The position numbers were made by a program, and so were the translations under genes. A stretch of 64,000 bases of DNA, taken from assembly GCA_039798785.1 (NCBI GenBank), contig JBDKFG010000012.1, positions 12,221 through 76,220 of the forward strand, given 5' to 3'. This stretch comes from Verrucomicrobiota bacterium. Lineage in GTDB: Bacteria; Verrucomicrobiota; Lentisphaeria; Lentisphaerales; Lentisphaeraceae. Below, one piece after another: positions 18,788-28,608 of this stretch. The notes beneath the pieces are model-generated. The model made no database searches. It was not told where the DNA came from and worked only from the letters and a program-made list of their open reading frames with translations. Numbering within the stretch: position 1 is the first letter of the stretch; every line of letters starts with the position of its first letter.

Positions 18788-20854
18788 TCAACGGGCAGGA
18801 GTTGCCGTCGACACCTCAAAGTGCGACGGCTCAATGGCGGCGCTGGCGCGGCCTTTAGTGAGCGATCGAAGGTCGGTGGTGTAGCGGAAAAGCGTGCACA
18901 GGGGGACGCTCGCGATGACCTTCGAGTAGTTGTCGTGCGAGATCATTTCCTGGACCTGGCCGCGGCGGCTGGAGAGGTCGCCGATGACGTCGCCGGTGTG
19001 CTCTTCGGGAGTGTCGACTTCGACGCGCATGATCGGCTCGAGGAGCTGCAGTCCCGCCTGTTCGGCGGCGCCGCGGAAGGCGATCGAGCCGGCGGCACGG
19101 AAGCAGACGTCGGTCGATTCGGTCGGGTGCGACTGGGCGCCGACGAGGGCGGCCTTGAAGTCGACCAGCGGATAGCCTTGCAGGACGCCGGTGCGGGCGG
19201 CCTCGCGGATGCCCTCGAGGGCGGCGGCTTCGAAGTCGCGCGACAGGGTGCCGGGGGCGAGGCGGGATTCGATCTTGATGCCACTGCCGCGCTCCATCGG
19301 CTCGAGCTCGAGGCGGACCATGGCGAAGAGGTTCTTGCCGAGGTTCTGGCGGACGAAGGTCTCCTCGAAGCTGGCGGCCTTGCTGATGGTTTCGCGGTAG
19401 GCGACCTGGGGCTGGCCGACGTTGGCCTTGACGCCGTATTCGCGGATGAGGCGGTCGACCTTGATTTCGAGGTGGAGTTCACCCATGCCGGAGACGAGGA
19501 GCTGGCCGGTCTCTTCGCTGCGGGAGAGCAGGAAGGTCGGGTCTTCGTCGGCAAGGGCTTTCAAGGCGAGTTCGAGCTTGTCTTTGTCGGACTGCGATTT
19601 CGGCTCGATGACGAGCGAGATGACCGGCTCGGGGAAGCTCATGCGTTCGAGGACGACAGGGTGTTCCTTGAGACAGAGGGTGTCGCCGGTGGAGGCGAGC
19701 TTGACGCCGACGAGGACGACGATGTCGCCGGCGAAGGCCTCGGTCTTTTCCTCGTGCGAGTTGGCGTGCATCTGCAGGATGCGGCCGATGCGCTCCTTCT
19801 TGCCGGTGCGGGGGTTTTCGAGGGCCATGCCCTTCTTCAGCGTGCCGGCGTAGACGCGGCAGTAGGCGAGGCGATCCATGAAGCTGTTGGCCTGGACCTT
19901 GAAGATGAAGGCCACTGGCGAACCCGAGTCGGAGACCGGGAAGCTGACCGGAGCGTGACTTTCCGGGCTCATGCCTTTGACCTCGCCGCCTTCGTGGGGC
20001 GCGGGCAGGTAGGCGACGATGGCGTCGAGCAGAGCCTGGACTCCCTTGTTGCGGAAGGAAGCGCCGCAGAGGACCGGGACCATCTTGGCGGCGATGGTGC
20101 TGCGGCGGATCGCGGCGATGATCTCGTCGTTGTCGGGCATCTCGTCGCAAAGGAATTTCTCGCCGATGGCTTCGTCCAGATCGGCGAGCTTCTCGACGAT
20201 GTTCAAGCGGGCCAGCTCGGCCTCGTCCGCGAGCTCGGCCGGAATGGCGGCGACGCGGAGGTTTTCGCCCTTCTCGCCTTCCGGGTAGACCGCTTCCATC
20301 TTGAGCAGGTCGATGTAGCCCTTGAAGCTGTCTTCGGCGCCGATCGGCAGGTGCAAGGGAACGGGGTTGGCCCCGAGCTTGCCGCTGATGTCGCGGACGA
20401 CCTTGGCGAAGTCGGCACCGGTGCGGTCCATCTTGTTGACGAAGGCGATGGCGGGGACGCCGTAACGCTTGGCCTGGCGCCAGACGGTTTCCGATTGCGG
20501 CTGGACGCCGCCGACGGCGCAGTAGACGGCGATGGCGCCGTCGAGGACGCGGAGCGAACGCTCGACCTCGACCGTGAAGTCGACGTGTCCGGGGGTGTCG
20601 ATGATGTTGATCTTGAAATCATTCCAGAAACAGGTAGTGGCGGCGGAGGTGATGGTGATGCCTCGTTCCTGTTCCTGCGGCATCCAGTCCATCGTGGCGT
20701 TGCCGTCGTGGACTTCGCCGAGGCGGTGGCTCTTGCCGGTGTAGAAGAGGATGCGCTCGGTGGTGGTGGTCTTGCCGGCGTCGATATGGGCCATGATGCC
20801 GATGTTGCGGACGCGGGCCAAGGGGGTTTCGCGGGAGGCGGATTCGATGCTCAC
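18788..20854 (-). CDS. fusA: Elongation factor G (stand-alone paralog)
   Basis: '[15 protein letters not shown]', 'QERGITI', 'DTPGHVDF', 'NKMDR', 'GMGELHL', 'LLEPIM'. 688 aa. Confidence 0.95.
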   Translation of the reverse strand: MSIESASRETPLARVRNIGIMAHIDAGKTTTTERILFYTGKSHRLGEVHDGNATMDWMPQEQERGITITSAATTCFWNDFKINIIDTPGHVDFTVEVERSLRVLDGAIAVYCAVGGVQPQSETVWRQAKRYGVPAIAFVNKMDRTGADFAKVVRDISGKLGANPVPLHLPIGAEDSFKGYIDLLKMEAVYPEGEKGENLRVAAIPAELADEAELARLNIVEKLADLDEAIGEKFLCDEMPDNDEIIAAIRRSTIAAKMVPVLCGASFRNKGVQALLDAIVAYLPAPHEGGEVKGMSPESHAPVSFPVSDSGSPVAFIFKVQANSFMDRLAYCRVYAGTLKKGMALENPRTGKKERIGRILQMHANSHEEKTEAFAGDIVVLVGVKLASTGDTLCLKEHPVVLERMSFPEPVISLVIEPKSQSDKDKLELALKALADEDPTFLLSRSEETGQLLVSGMGELHLEIKVDRLIREYGVKANVGQPQVAYRETISKAASFEETFVRQNLGKNLFAMVRLELEPMERGSGIKIESRLAPGTLSRDFEAAALEGIREAARTGVLQGYPLVDFKAALVGAQSHPTESTDVCFRAAGSIAFRGAAEQAGLQLLEPIMRVEVDTPEEHTGDVIGDLSSRRGQVQEMISHDNYSKVIASVPLCTLFRYTTDLRSLTKGRASAAIEPSHFEVSTATPAR

Positions 20855-21009
20855 GATGGGTCTCTTGCGGGTTGGGAAATTTGCGGCCGCAATCTAGCTC
20901 GGCATTGCCGCTCTGTCCTCAGATGCGGCCGAGCAGAATTTCCTTGCTTGTCGGAGTCACCGGCGATAGATTGCTACACCCCCCTCATGCACCAGCCAGG
21001 AGATGCTCC

Positions 21010-21624
21010 ATGAACATGGTCCTTCCGCTCGTCTTTCTGTTGGCTCCGGCTCAGCCGGCGCAACCCGCTCAGCCGGCGCAACCCGCCCAGCCGGCAATTC
21101 CGGCTCAGCCGGCGCAGCCCGCCCAGATCGGGCGTCTTGAAGGCGTCGACATTGATGAAGCGGTCGTAGTGATCCGGAAAATCGCACGCGGCAACGGCAA
21201 GGCGATCAACATCGTCATCATGCCCGAGGCCAGAAAAGCGGTGAAAGAACTGAATGCCGACCTGCGCGGACTGAGCCCCGAAGAGGCACTGAAAACTATC
21301 GCTCAGGCCACCGGACTCGACCTGTCGCAGGACAAGTCCTCCGGCATCTGGACCCTGGCTCCGATGGATGCCGCTAAAATGCAGCCCCGGACCTACATGG
21401 TCGCATCGGGCTTTGCCGGGATGGTGGACCCGCAAGCGAAGGCCCGCCCTTCCGCCGATAAAGTCCTTGCCTTCTGCCGACAGCTCGGCGCGCCTCTGGA
21501 AAAAGGCAACGCCAGCTTTCTGCCGCAGCAGTCGTCCTTGACGGTCAACGGCACAAGTGCCGATCATGAAAAGGTTGAGGCCGGGCTGAAACAGCTCGGC
21601 CTCTTGCGTGAAGTCAGGAAATGA
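21010..21624 (+). CDS. Secreted protein resembling free secretin N-terminal (STN/N3-like) domains, with AQP repeats
   Basis: Hydrophobic N-terminus and (AQP)n linker, then segments colinear with the N-domains of the secretins at 23.6-31.3 kb. Has a GGAG RBS. Confidence 0.65.
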   Translation: MNMVLPLVFLLAPAQPAQPAQPAQPAQPAIPAQPAQPAQIGRLEGVDIDEAVVVIRKIARGNGKAINIVIMPEARKAVKELNADLRGLSPEEALKTIAQATGLDLSQDKSSGIWTLAPMDAAKMQPRTYMVASGFAGMVDPQAKARPSADKVLAFCRQLGAPLEKGNASFLPQQSSLTVNGTSADHEKVEAGLKQLGLLREVRK

Positions 21625-22443
21625 TCAGCCCTTGCCGAAAAGCGACTTCGCCACCGCGCCGACGACATCCTTGTCAAAGTAGTTGATCTCCATGCCGGCG
21701 TCGACGATCAGGGTGCGGGCGTTGATGCCGGAGGAGCGGGGCGACAGGAGATAAGTGGCGGCATCGGCCGCCTCTTCGGTCTGCAGCGCCTTGCCGCGGG
21801 GTATGACTTTTTCGGCGAAGAGGTAGCTGTCGAGATAGCCGGGAATTCCCGCCGAAGCAGAAGTCTTGAGCAGCGACGCCCCGACGGCGTTGACCCGGAT
21901 GTCGCGGGCGGCCAGGGCCTTAGCCAGGAAGACCACCGATGAGTCGAGCGCAGCCTTCACCGGCGCCATGTATCCGTAGTTTTCACTCGCCATGCGGGTG
22001 GTCGAAATCGACACCGTCACGATCGAGGCGCCGGGTTTGAATTGGCTTTCGAGTGCTTTGACGAGCGCAACGAGGGAGAAGCAGGAAATGTCCACCGCTT
22101 GCAGAAAGTCCTTGCGGACGGTGTGATGGAAGGGCTTCAATCCTTCCGAGTAGTTGGCGAATGCGACCGAGTGCAGAAGGCCATCGATGCCACCCGGTGC
22201 AATCTCCGCAATACGGGAAGCCAGCTGGTCGATGTCGTCTTGACGCTCGAGATCGCAGATCACCATAGGGCGATCTTTCAGCAACTTCGGACCGAGCTCA
22301 TCGCGGCGCTTGGCGGAACGGACGGAATAAACGACTTTGGCGCCCTCTTCTTCGAGGGTTTTGGCGACGGCATAGGCGACGGACTTGCGGTTGGCGACGC
22401 CGACGACGAGGAAGGTCTTGCCTTCGAGTTTGAGAAAGGACAT
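21625..22443 (-). CDS. fabI: Enoyl-ACP reductase (SDR)
   Basis: '[10 protein letters not shown]', 'LLHSVAFA', '[11 protein letters not shown]', 'IRVNAV'. Confidence 0.85.
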   Translation of the reverse strand: MSFLKLEGKTFLVVGVANRKSVAYAVAKTLEEEGAKVVYSVRSAKRRDELGPKLLKDRPMVICDLERQDDIDQLASRIAEIAPGGIDGLLHSVAFANYSEGLKPFHHTVRKDFLQAVDISCFSLVALVKALESQFKPGASIVTVSISTTRMASENYGYMAPVKAALDSSVVFLAKALAARDIRVNAVGASLLKTSASAGIPGYLDSYLFAEKVIPRGKALQTEEAADAATYLLSPRSSGINARTLIVDAGMEINYFDKDVVGAVAKSLFGKG

Positions 22444-22501
22444 GGGGCTCTCCTGTTGGTGCGCCCCCAAGATGCCTTCACCCGTGAATTTGGCGAGGAC
22501 G

Positions 22502-22528
22502 AAAAAAGGCGGACCCAAAGGTCCGCCT
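22502..22528 (-). terminator. Rho-independent terminator of the secretin operon
   Basis: aaaaaa-ggcggacc-caaa-ggtccgcc, giving a hairpin plus U-tract on the minus strand. Confidence 0.8.
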
Positions 22529-22562
22529 CGAAATCAAAAAACCTTCACGAGATCGCAGGAGA

Positions 22563-23642
22563 TCAGGTTTTGGCCGGCGCCGCGGGCTCGGCTTTCGCCG
22601 GCGCCGCGGACTGGGCGACAGAGGACTTCGACATGTACATGTTGAAGTAGCTGAGAGTCGCAATGTAGACCAGGAAACCCGCTGCGGAGATCGCAATGAA
22701 GGAGCCGAGGATGGTGAAGATTCCCGGCAAGGTCCTCGGATCGACTTCGGCAACTTCCTCTTGAGCACGAGCGGCGCTGCGCTGAGTGCCTGCGACAGGT
22801 CCGCCTTGAGCTGCAGGGGCAGTCATCGACCCGGAGCCCGTCTTGAGCTTGAGAGTGCCGCCCTTCTTGTCATCGGCACCCGAATCCATCCGGACCGTCT
22901 CTTCGGCCTCGGCGCTAGGAGCCTTGATCTTCAAGGTACCCGACGCTGCCGGCGGAGTCGCGGTGGCGGAGGCGGTCGGAGCTTTGATCTTCAAGGTGCC
23001 CGCGGCAGGCGGGGTGACAGAGGAATCGGAGGCGGAGGGAGCCTTGATCTTCAAGGTGCCTGCGGCGGCGGATTCGGCGACTTGCGCCTTGGTGACCTTG
23101 ATCGTCCCCGACTCGGTGGAGCTAACCGGCATGTTGATCTTGAGTGTGCCGCCGGCTTGAGGAGCAGACTGCATCGGCATCTCGACCTTGAGCGTGCCCG
23201 CTGAGGAAGCCGGAGCCTGTGCAGGAGGAACCGAGACCTTGAGCGTGCCAGCGGAAGCCGGCGGAGTGCTGACTTGAGGAACAGAAACCTTCAAGGTGCC
23301 GGCGGAAGCAGGCGCAGGGGCCGATTCGTTGCCAGAGGGCGGACGAAGACGTATGGTCTGCGAAGCGGTGAGAATGCCCGCCAACTGCTTCTTCTTTTCC
23401 TTGATGACTTTGAGGTGGACCGTGTCGGTGTTGTTGTCGGCATCCATGGCAGCTCCGACATTCGCCTTCGGCTGAATCCGCTTCAGCTTCGAAGTGTCCG
23501 AATCACGAACATGAAGGCCGCCCTCAGGGCGGGGAATCGACTGAGTCTGGGTGTCGGCATCAGTGACGCGAGGCAAGTTGGTCGTCTCGTCGGAAACGCC
23601 CTCGGGCGCCTTGATCTTGGTTTCTTCGTTTTCGTTATTCAT
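22563..23642 (-). CDS. Membrane-anchored, largely disordered protein with GT(L/I)K(V/I/L) repeats
   Basis: GGAGG RBS, nine GT[LI]K[VIL] repeats and a C-terminal TM helix. Last gene of the operon. Confidence 0.8.
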   Translation of the reverse strand: MNNENEETKIKAPEGVSDETTNLPRVTDADTQTQSIPRPEGGLHVRDSDTSKLKRIQPKANVGAAMDADNNTDTVHLKVIKEKKKQLAGILTASQTIRLRPPSGNESAPAPASAGTLKVSVPQVSTPPASAGTLKVSVPPAQAPASSAGTLKVEMPMQSAPQAGGTLKINMPVSSTESGTIKVTKAQVAESAAAGTLKIKAPSASDSSVTPPAAGTLKIKAPTASATATPPAASGTLKIKAPSAEAEETVRMDSGADDKKGGTLKLKTGSGSMTAPAAQGGPVAGTQRSAARAQEEVAEVDPRTLPGIFTILGSFIAISAAGFLVYIATLSYFNMYMSKSSVAQSAAPAKAEPAAPAKT

Positions 23643-23656
23643 TATTTCCTCCGAGA

Positions 23657-26032
23657 TCAAAGACGGTTGAAGTCAGGAATGCCTTTCAAGTTGGTGGGCC
23701 TGACGGCAATGCCGCCAGGAGTCACCAGCCGAGGAGAGACAAAGACCATGAGGTTGGTTTTCCGATGTGACTCGCCTTTGTTTTCGAAGAGGCGGCCGAG
23801 CAGCGGAATATCCCTGAGATAAGGGATACCGTCATCCACTTTTGTCACGGTCTCTTTGATCAAACCGCCAAGCATGACGGTCTCGCCGTCCCAAACCTTG
23901 ACCTTGGTTTCCACCGAGCGAACTTCGAGAATCGGCATCGAGTTGCGGAAATTGATCACCGCGAGCGCATTCGGATCAACCCCGGGAACCATGCCACCAG
24001 CCGGGTCGACAACAGAGTAGACGTCGTCAAATGTGGTGTCGTATCCGAGGAAGGCGACAATCTGGGGCTTCAATTCCATTTCAATGGTATAACCGTCCGG
24101 GTCGACCATTGGCGTGACTTCAAGAATCACGCCGACATCCTTCTTGTCCCTATACTGGGGCGTGGACGGCACGATGATCTGACCTTGGACTTCCGGCGCT
24201 TCCCATTCCGCTGGGAAGAAGTGTTCCTCGACGACGCGGATAACCGCAGTCTGACCGCTCAGCGTGGTCACTTTAGGGGCCGAGAGGACCTCGTTGGTGT
24301 CTTTTTGATCCAAGGCGCGGACCAACATCTGCAATTGCTGATGACCGAAAACGACATCAGCACCAAGCTGGGCAGGACCTTCCTCAAGGCCAAGGGATTC
24401 GACGCGACGGAGGCTGCGGATGCCCCCATCCAACTGACCGTTACCACCATTGCTACCATTGTTATTCTGACTGAAGAAGGTGTCGCCGCGGAAGGGCTTC
24501 ATATCACGGCCGCCATTCGGGGATGCGGTTGGAACTGCTGCCGCGCCGCCGCCTGCACCGCCAGCCGCCACAGGCGCCGGGTTGTCGAGGGTGGGGTTTA
24601 GGGTTGAGGTGGTGTAGCGCCAGCCGAAACCCAGCTCTTTAAGGTCGTTGATGTCAACGTCGAGAATCTTGGCTTCCATCGAGACTTGAGTGGTCGGAAT
24701 GTCAAGTTGACGGATGATCTCTTCAATCTTGATCAGGTTCTCGTCGGTGTTGGTAACGACGAGGCGGTTGACACCAGCGACATAAGCTATCTTGGCACCG
24801 GGGGGGAATTCAATGTTGAACTTCTGGAAGTGGGCAGCCCAGTCGGGCTTGTCAGCGCCTTCCGGCGTGGGGACAGATTCAGCCACCGTGGAACTGACCG
24901 GGAAGTAGCGAGTCTCCATAGTATCTGTGGTCTGATTGGGGTCGCTGATGACCACGGCATGAGCTTCGATCTTGAAGCGCATTCCGGACATTTGGGCGAT
25001 GGTGCGAAGCAGCTCACCCGCCTTGATGTCCTCGAACTCCAGGGTGATGGCCTTCTGCCCGTCGCCCTGATCAAGGCTGGGTGCATTGAGGATGATGTTC
25101 AATCCGGTCTGTTCGGGGTCGAGACGCTTGCTCCTGACGTTGATATCGGCGATCACCTCTTTCAGATTGGCGCCCTCGTATTTGACCTTCGGGAAGACGA
25201 TCGAAGCGAGTTTCTCCTGGATCTTGGAAGTGACACTCTCAATATTCTGGCTGCTCAAGCCCGAAGCTTTGTTCTCGCTTGAGGAAGCGGTCACTGGAGA
25301 AGCCCACTTCCATGAGATTTCAGCGTCGATCTCCTGCATCGCGACCGTCTTGCGGTCCTTCGCAGCGGCGAGCATGGCCAAATCGTTACGGGTGCGGAGC
25401 TGAGCCGCAGCCTCATTGAACGGATCAAGAACATAGATCTCGTCGATCTTTTCTTTACACTCACCAAAGCGGCGCGCGGCGAAAAGAATCTGGGCCTGGT
25501 CGAGAAGCGGCCGGATCTTGCCATGCTGATCCTTGACTTCCGCCTTCAATCTTTGGCGATCGACTTCGGCCTCGAAGCGCTGGTCTTCCAACGCCTTCTC
25601 GACAGCCTTGATCTCGGCAGCAAGCTGCTGGCGTCCGCCAGGATCAATCTCGTTGACCAGTCGGTAGTTGACCAGTGCCTGTTCATAGAGCTCGACGGAC
25701 CGTGCTTCGCGAGCCTGCTTGGCAAGCGAGGCCGCGAGTGATGAGAGGGCAATGACGCGAAGGCGATGAGCCGACTGAGTCTTCTCCGCGATTAGCCGGG
25801 AAGATCCCAAGGTTTTGTAAATCGCCTCGGCCTTCGCGACGGTGTCGACCGCTTCTTGGAAACGGCCGCTGATCTGCGCATTCTCCGCAGTACGGACGAG
25901 CTCGTCTGCGGCGAGCTCCTGCTGCTGACGGCGGACTTCTTCATTAAGCGTGGTCTGGGCCGACTGCTGGGCGGCAAGGCTGACGGCGAAGCCGCCGGTC
26001 ATGAGAGCAGTGATAAAGGATTTCGCAAACAT
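23657..26032 (-). CDS. Secretin paralog 3 (Amuc_1098-like; TPR + N-domains + secretin barrel)
   Basis: 'QVSMEAKI', 'LSAPKVTTLSGQTA', 'DVGVILEVTP', 'DGETVMLGGLI', 'IPYLRDIPLLGRLF'. Confidence 0.9.
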   Translation of the reverse strand: MFAKSFITALMTGGFAVSLAAQQSAQTTLNEEVRRQQQELAADELVRTAENAQISGRFQEAVDTVAKAEAIYKTLGSSRLIAEKTQSAHRLRVIALSSLAASLAKQAREARSVELYEQALVNYRLVNEIDPGGRQQLAAEIKAVEKALEDQRFEAEVDRQRLKAEVKDQHGKIRPLLDQAQILFAARRFGECKEKIDEIYVLDPFNEAAAQLRTRNDLAMLAAAKDRKTVAMQEIDAEISWKWASPVTASSSENKASGLSSQNIESVTSKIQEKLASIVFPKVKYEGANLKEVIADINVRSKRLDPEQTGLNIILNAPSLDQGDGQKAITLEFEDIKAGELLRTIAQMSGMRFKIEAHAVVISDPNQTTDTMETRYFPVSSTVAESVPTPEGADKPDWAAHFQKFNIEFPPGAKIAYVAGVNRLVVTNTDENLIKIEEIIRQLDIPTTQVSMEAKILDVDINDLKELGFGWRYTTSTLNPTLDNPAPVAAGGAGGGAAAVPTASPNGGRDMKPFRGDTFFSQNNNGSNGGNGQLDGGIRSLRRVESLGLEEGPAQLGADVVFGHQQLQMLVRALDQKDTNEVLSAPKVTTLSGQTAVIRVVEEHFFPAEWEAPEVQGQIIVPSTPQYRDKKDVGVILEVTPMVDPDGYTIEMELKPQIVAFLGYDTTFDDVYSVVDPAGGMVPGVDPNALAVINFRNSMPILEVRSVETKVKVWDGETVMLGGLIKETVTKVDDGIPYLRDIPLLGRLFENKGESHRKTNLMVFVSPRLVTPGGIAVRPTNLKGIPDFNRL

Positions 26033-26044
26033 GTAGGCGTATCC

Positions 26045-28591
26045 TTAAATGCGTTTGAAGTCTGGGAGGCCCTGCAAATTGCTGGACCGCAGTGGAGTAC
26101 CGGCGGAATTGATGATCCTGGTAGTGATCAGGAAGATAGTATTCTTCTTCTCAGACAAGGTGCCCTTGTTCTCGAAGAGGCGGCCGATAAGAGGTATATG
26201 GCGAATGTAAGGAATGCCGTCATCGACTTCAGTGACCCGCTCGCGGATCAAGCCCCCCATCATGACCGTCTCACCGTCCCAAATCTTGACCTTGGTCTCG
26301 ATCGAACGACGATCCAAAATCGGCATGTCGAATCGCCAGTTCATCGGGAAGACCAAAACCCCATCGATGATCACGGCTTCGGGAGGCGTGGTGGGACCAG
26401 GCGGAACCGGGACGTTGACAATCTGGTTGAAGGTGACGTCATAGCCGATGAAATCGAGCATGGTCGGCTTGATTTCAACGTCAATGGTGTAGCCGTCCGG
26501 GTCAACTTGAGGTGTCACTTCAAGGACGAAACCAACGTTGGTTGCTTCGCCGAAGGTAGGAGATGAAGGAACGATCATCTGACCCTGGATTTCAGGCACT
26601 TCCCATTCTTTGGGGAAGTAGTGTTCCTCAATCACCCTGATGATCGCCGTGCTGCCACTGACGGTGGTGACCTTAGGAGCCGCCATGACGTTGTCAGAGT
26701 CGCGCTGATCCAAGGCACGCAGAATGGCCTGAACTTGCTGGTGACCGAAGACGATGTCGGCACCAAGCTGGGCGGGATTGTCGCGCGCAGCAAGGGAATT
26801 GACATCACGGATACCTGAATCGAGAGCCCCACTGCCATTGGCGGTACTTGAGTTGTTTTGGCTGAACAGCGCATCCCCTGTGTAGGGCTTCATGTCCCGC
26901 CCGCCGTTTGGAGAAGGTTCCGGAGCAGCTGCAGCACCGCCTGCACCGCCACCGACTGCAGGAACCGGGTTATCCAAGGTGGGATTCAGAGTCGATGTCG
27001 TGTAGCGATAGCTGAAGCCCAGTTCATCCAGCTTGTTAAAACGGGTTTCGATCATCTTGCTTTCGATTGAAACCATCGCAGCTTGGACGCTCAGCTGCTT
27101 CAAGATGTTTTCGACTAGGATCTGATTGTCTGCCGAGTTGGAGACGACCAGGCGGCTGACGTTGGGGACGTATTGGACCTTGGCGCCGACGGGAAAATCC
27201 ACGCCTAGCTTCTTGAAATATCCGACCCAGTCTTTCTCTCCCTCGGCGCCACCTTCACGCGTGTTGACCACTTCAAGAACACCTGCAGGAATCGGGTAGA
27301 AGCGGGTGACCATATCATCAAAGGGGACGCCTTGCGCCGCGATGATGACCGCATGCTCCTCGATTTTGTAATTGTAATGAAGAGTATTGCAGATGTTTTT
27401 GATGATGTCCCCGAGGCGCATATCGTCGACTTCAAGAGTGACGCTGTCTGCAGAGCCTCCCTTGGCAGGGGCGGCAGGTGCGGCGGGAGCGGGAGCGGGC
27501 GCCTCCGCATCAAAGGCGGGCGCAGCGCCCTCTTCAGGCACCGGAACGGCGGCTTCTTCAACGGGGGCTTTGCCGCCATCGAGATTCAAGATGATATTCA
27601 AGCCCCGTTTTTCCGGATCAAGATCACGGCTCTTTTTGAAGAGGTCGCGAATGACATCCTCAATGCTTTCGTTCTCGTACTTGATTTTGGGAACGACGAT
27701 GTTGAGGACGCGGTTGATCTCGCCAACGCTGGAGTTGATGTTGATCTGGTGAGTCTCCCCCCGGACCGCATCCTTGGCAGCGCTGCTGTTGACAGGATCG
27801 AGCCAACGGTTGTCGCTCTCGGCATTCATTTCCGTGATGGTGTTGCGGTGCCGGAGCTTAGCCACTTCCCGCATGGCATTCGAGCAGCGGATCTTGAGAT
27901 GCGTCGCCTCTTGGTGGAAGTTGTCATGAACAAAAACCTGGTCGAGCTTTTCCAACGCCTCAGAATAGCGGCGTTGGGCAAAGAGGATCTGAGCCTGTTG
28001 GAAGAGCACATCGGCTTCGCGGCGGGCGGCACCAGTGGCTTGGGCGAGGCTCTCCTGGCCCACTTCAGCCGCATACTCAAGGCGGCTGCGTAGAGCCTTG
28101 AGTTCGAAAATCTGCGGATCCAAAGTGGCTTTCAAATTCGGATCCAAGGTTTTGGCCTGATCCAACTTCCCGAGCGCTTTGTCGATATCGCCTGTCTTGA
28201 GATCAAGTCCGGCGGAGGAGCGCAGATTGACCGCCCAATCGGCATAGATCTGAGCCAGCTTGCGCTCTTCGACGACGATCGCCTCTTGACCATTGACGGT
28301 CGCAACCTGTTTCAATTTGGCAATCCCGGCAAGCTGCTGTTTCTCAGCCTCTTCAAAGCGCTGCAGCTTGCGCTGCTTCTCTGCTTCGGCAAAGTGCAGT
28401 CGGGCTTCCAGTTCGTAACCTTGACGACGGACTTGCTCCGCCACCTTGATCTGTTCTGACTGGGGATCCGCAGCTTCCTTTTGAGTGCCAAGAATGGCCT
28501 CGGCCACCTTGTCAGGGGAATCTGATTCTGCCGCGCAGAGCGGCAGCGCAGCGAGCAGGCCCGCTGAGTAAAGGAATCGCTTGTTGGACAT
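26045..28591 (-). CDS. Secretin paralog 2 (Amuc_1098-like)
   Basis: 'MVSIESKM', 'APKVTTVSG', 'NVGFVLEVTP', 'DGETVMMGGLI', 'IPYIRHIPLIGRLF'. Confidence 0.9.
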   Translation of the reverse strand: MSNKRFLYSAGLLAALPLCAAESDSPDKVAEAILGTQKEAADPQSEQIKVAEQVRRQGYELEARLHFAEAEKQRKLQRFEEAEKQQLAGIAKLKQVATVNGQEAIVVEERKLAQIYADWAVNLRSSAGLDLKTGDIDKALGKLDQAKTLDPNLKATLDPQIFELKALRSRLEYAAEVGQESLAQATGAARREADVLFQQAQILFAQRRYSEALEKLDQVFVHDNFHQEATHLKIRCSNAMREVAKLRHRNTITEMNAESDNRWLDPVNSSAAKDAVRGETHQININSSVGEINRVLNIVVPKIKYENESIEDVIRDLFKKSRDLDPEKRGLNIILNLDGGKAPVEEAAVPVPEEGAAPAFDAEAPAPAPAAPAAPAKGGSADSVTLEVDDMRLGDIIKNICNTLHYNYKIEEHAVIIAAQGVPFDDMVTRFYPIPAGVLEVVNTREGGAEGEKDWVGYFKKLGVDFPVGAKVQYVPNVSRLVVSNSADNQILVENILKQLSVQAAMVSIESKMIETRFNKLDELGFSYRYTTSTLNPTLDNPVPAVGGGAGGAAAAPEPSPNGGRDMKPYTGDALFSQNNSSTANGSGALDSGIRDVNSLAARDNPAQLGADIVFGHQQVQAILRALDQRDSDNVMAAPKVTTVSGSTAIIRVIEEHYFPKEWEVPEIQGQMIVPSSPTFGEATNVGFVLEVTPQVDPDGYTIDVEIKPTMLDFIGYDVTFNQIVNVPVPPGPTTPPEAVIIDGVLVFPMNWRFDMPILDRRSIETKVKIWDGETVMMGGLIRERVTEVDDGIPYIRHIPLIGRLFENKGTLSEKKNTIFLITTRIINSAGTPLRSSNLQGLPDFKRI

Positions 28592-28608
28592 CGGACAGCT
28601 CCTTTAAA

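Noticed and set aside
18821..21013. Long antisense ORFs (e.g. 18821-21013, 47389-49254, 49528-51729, 55303-57303, 2474-4018)
   Set aside because: These are shadow ORFs opposite well-supported genes, as expected from high-GC codon bias.
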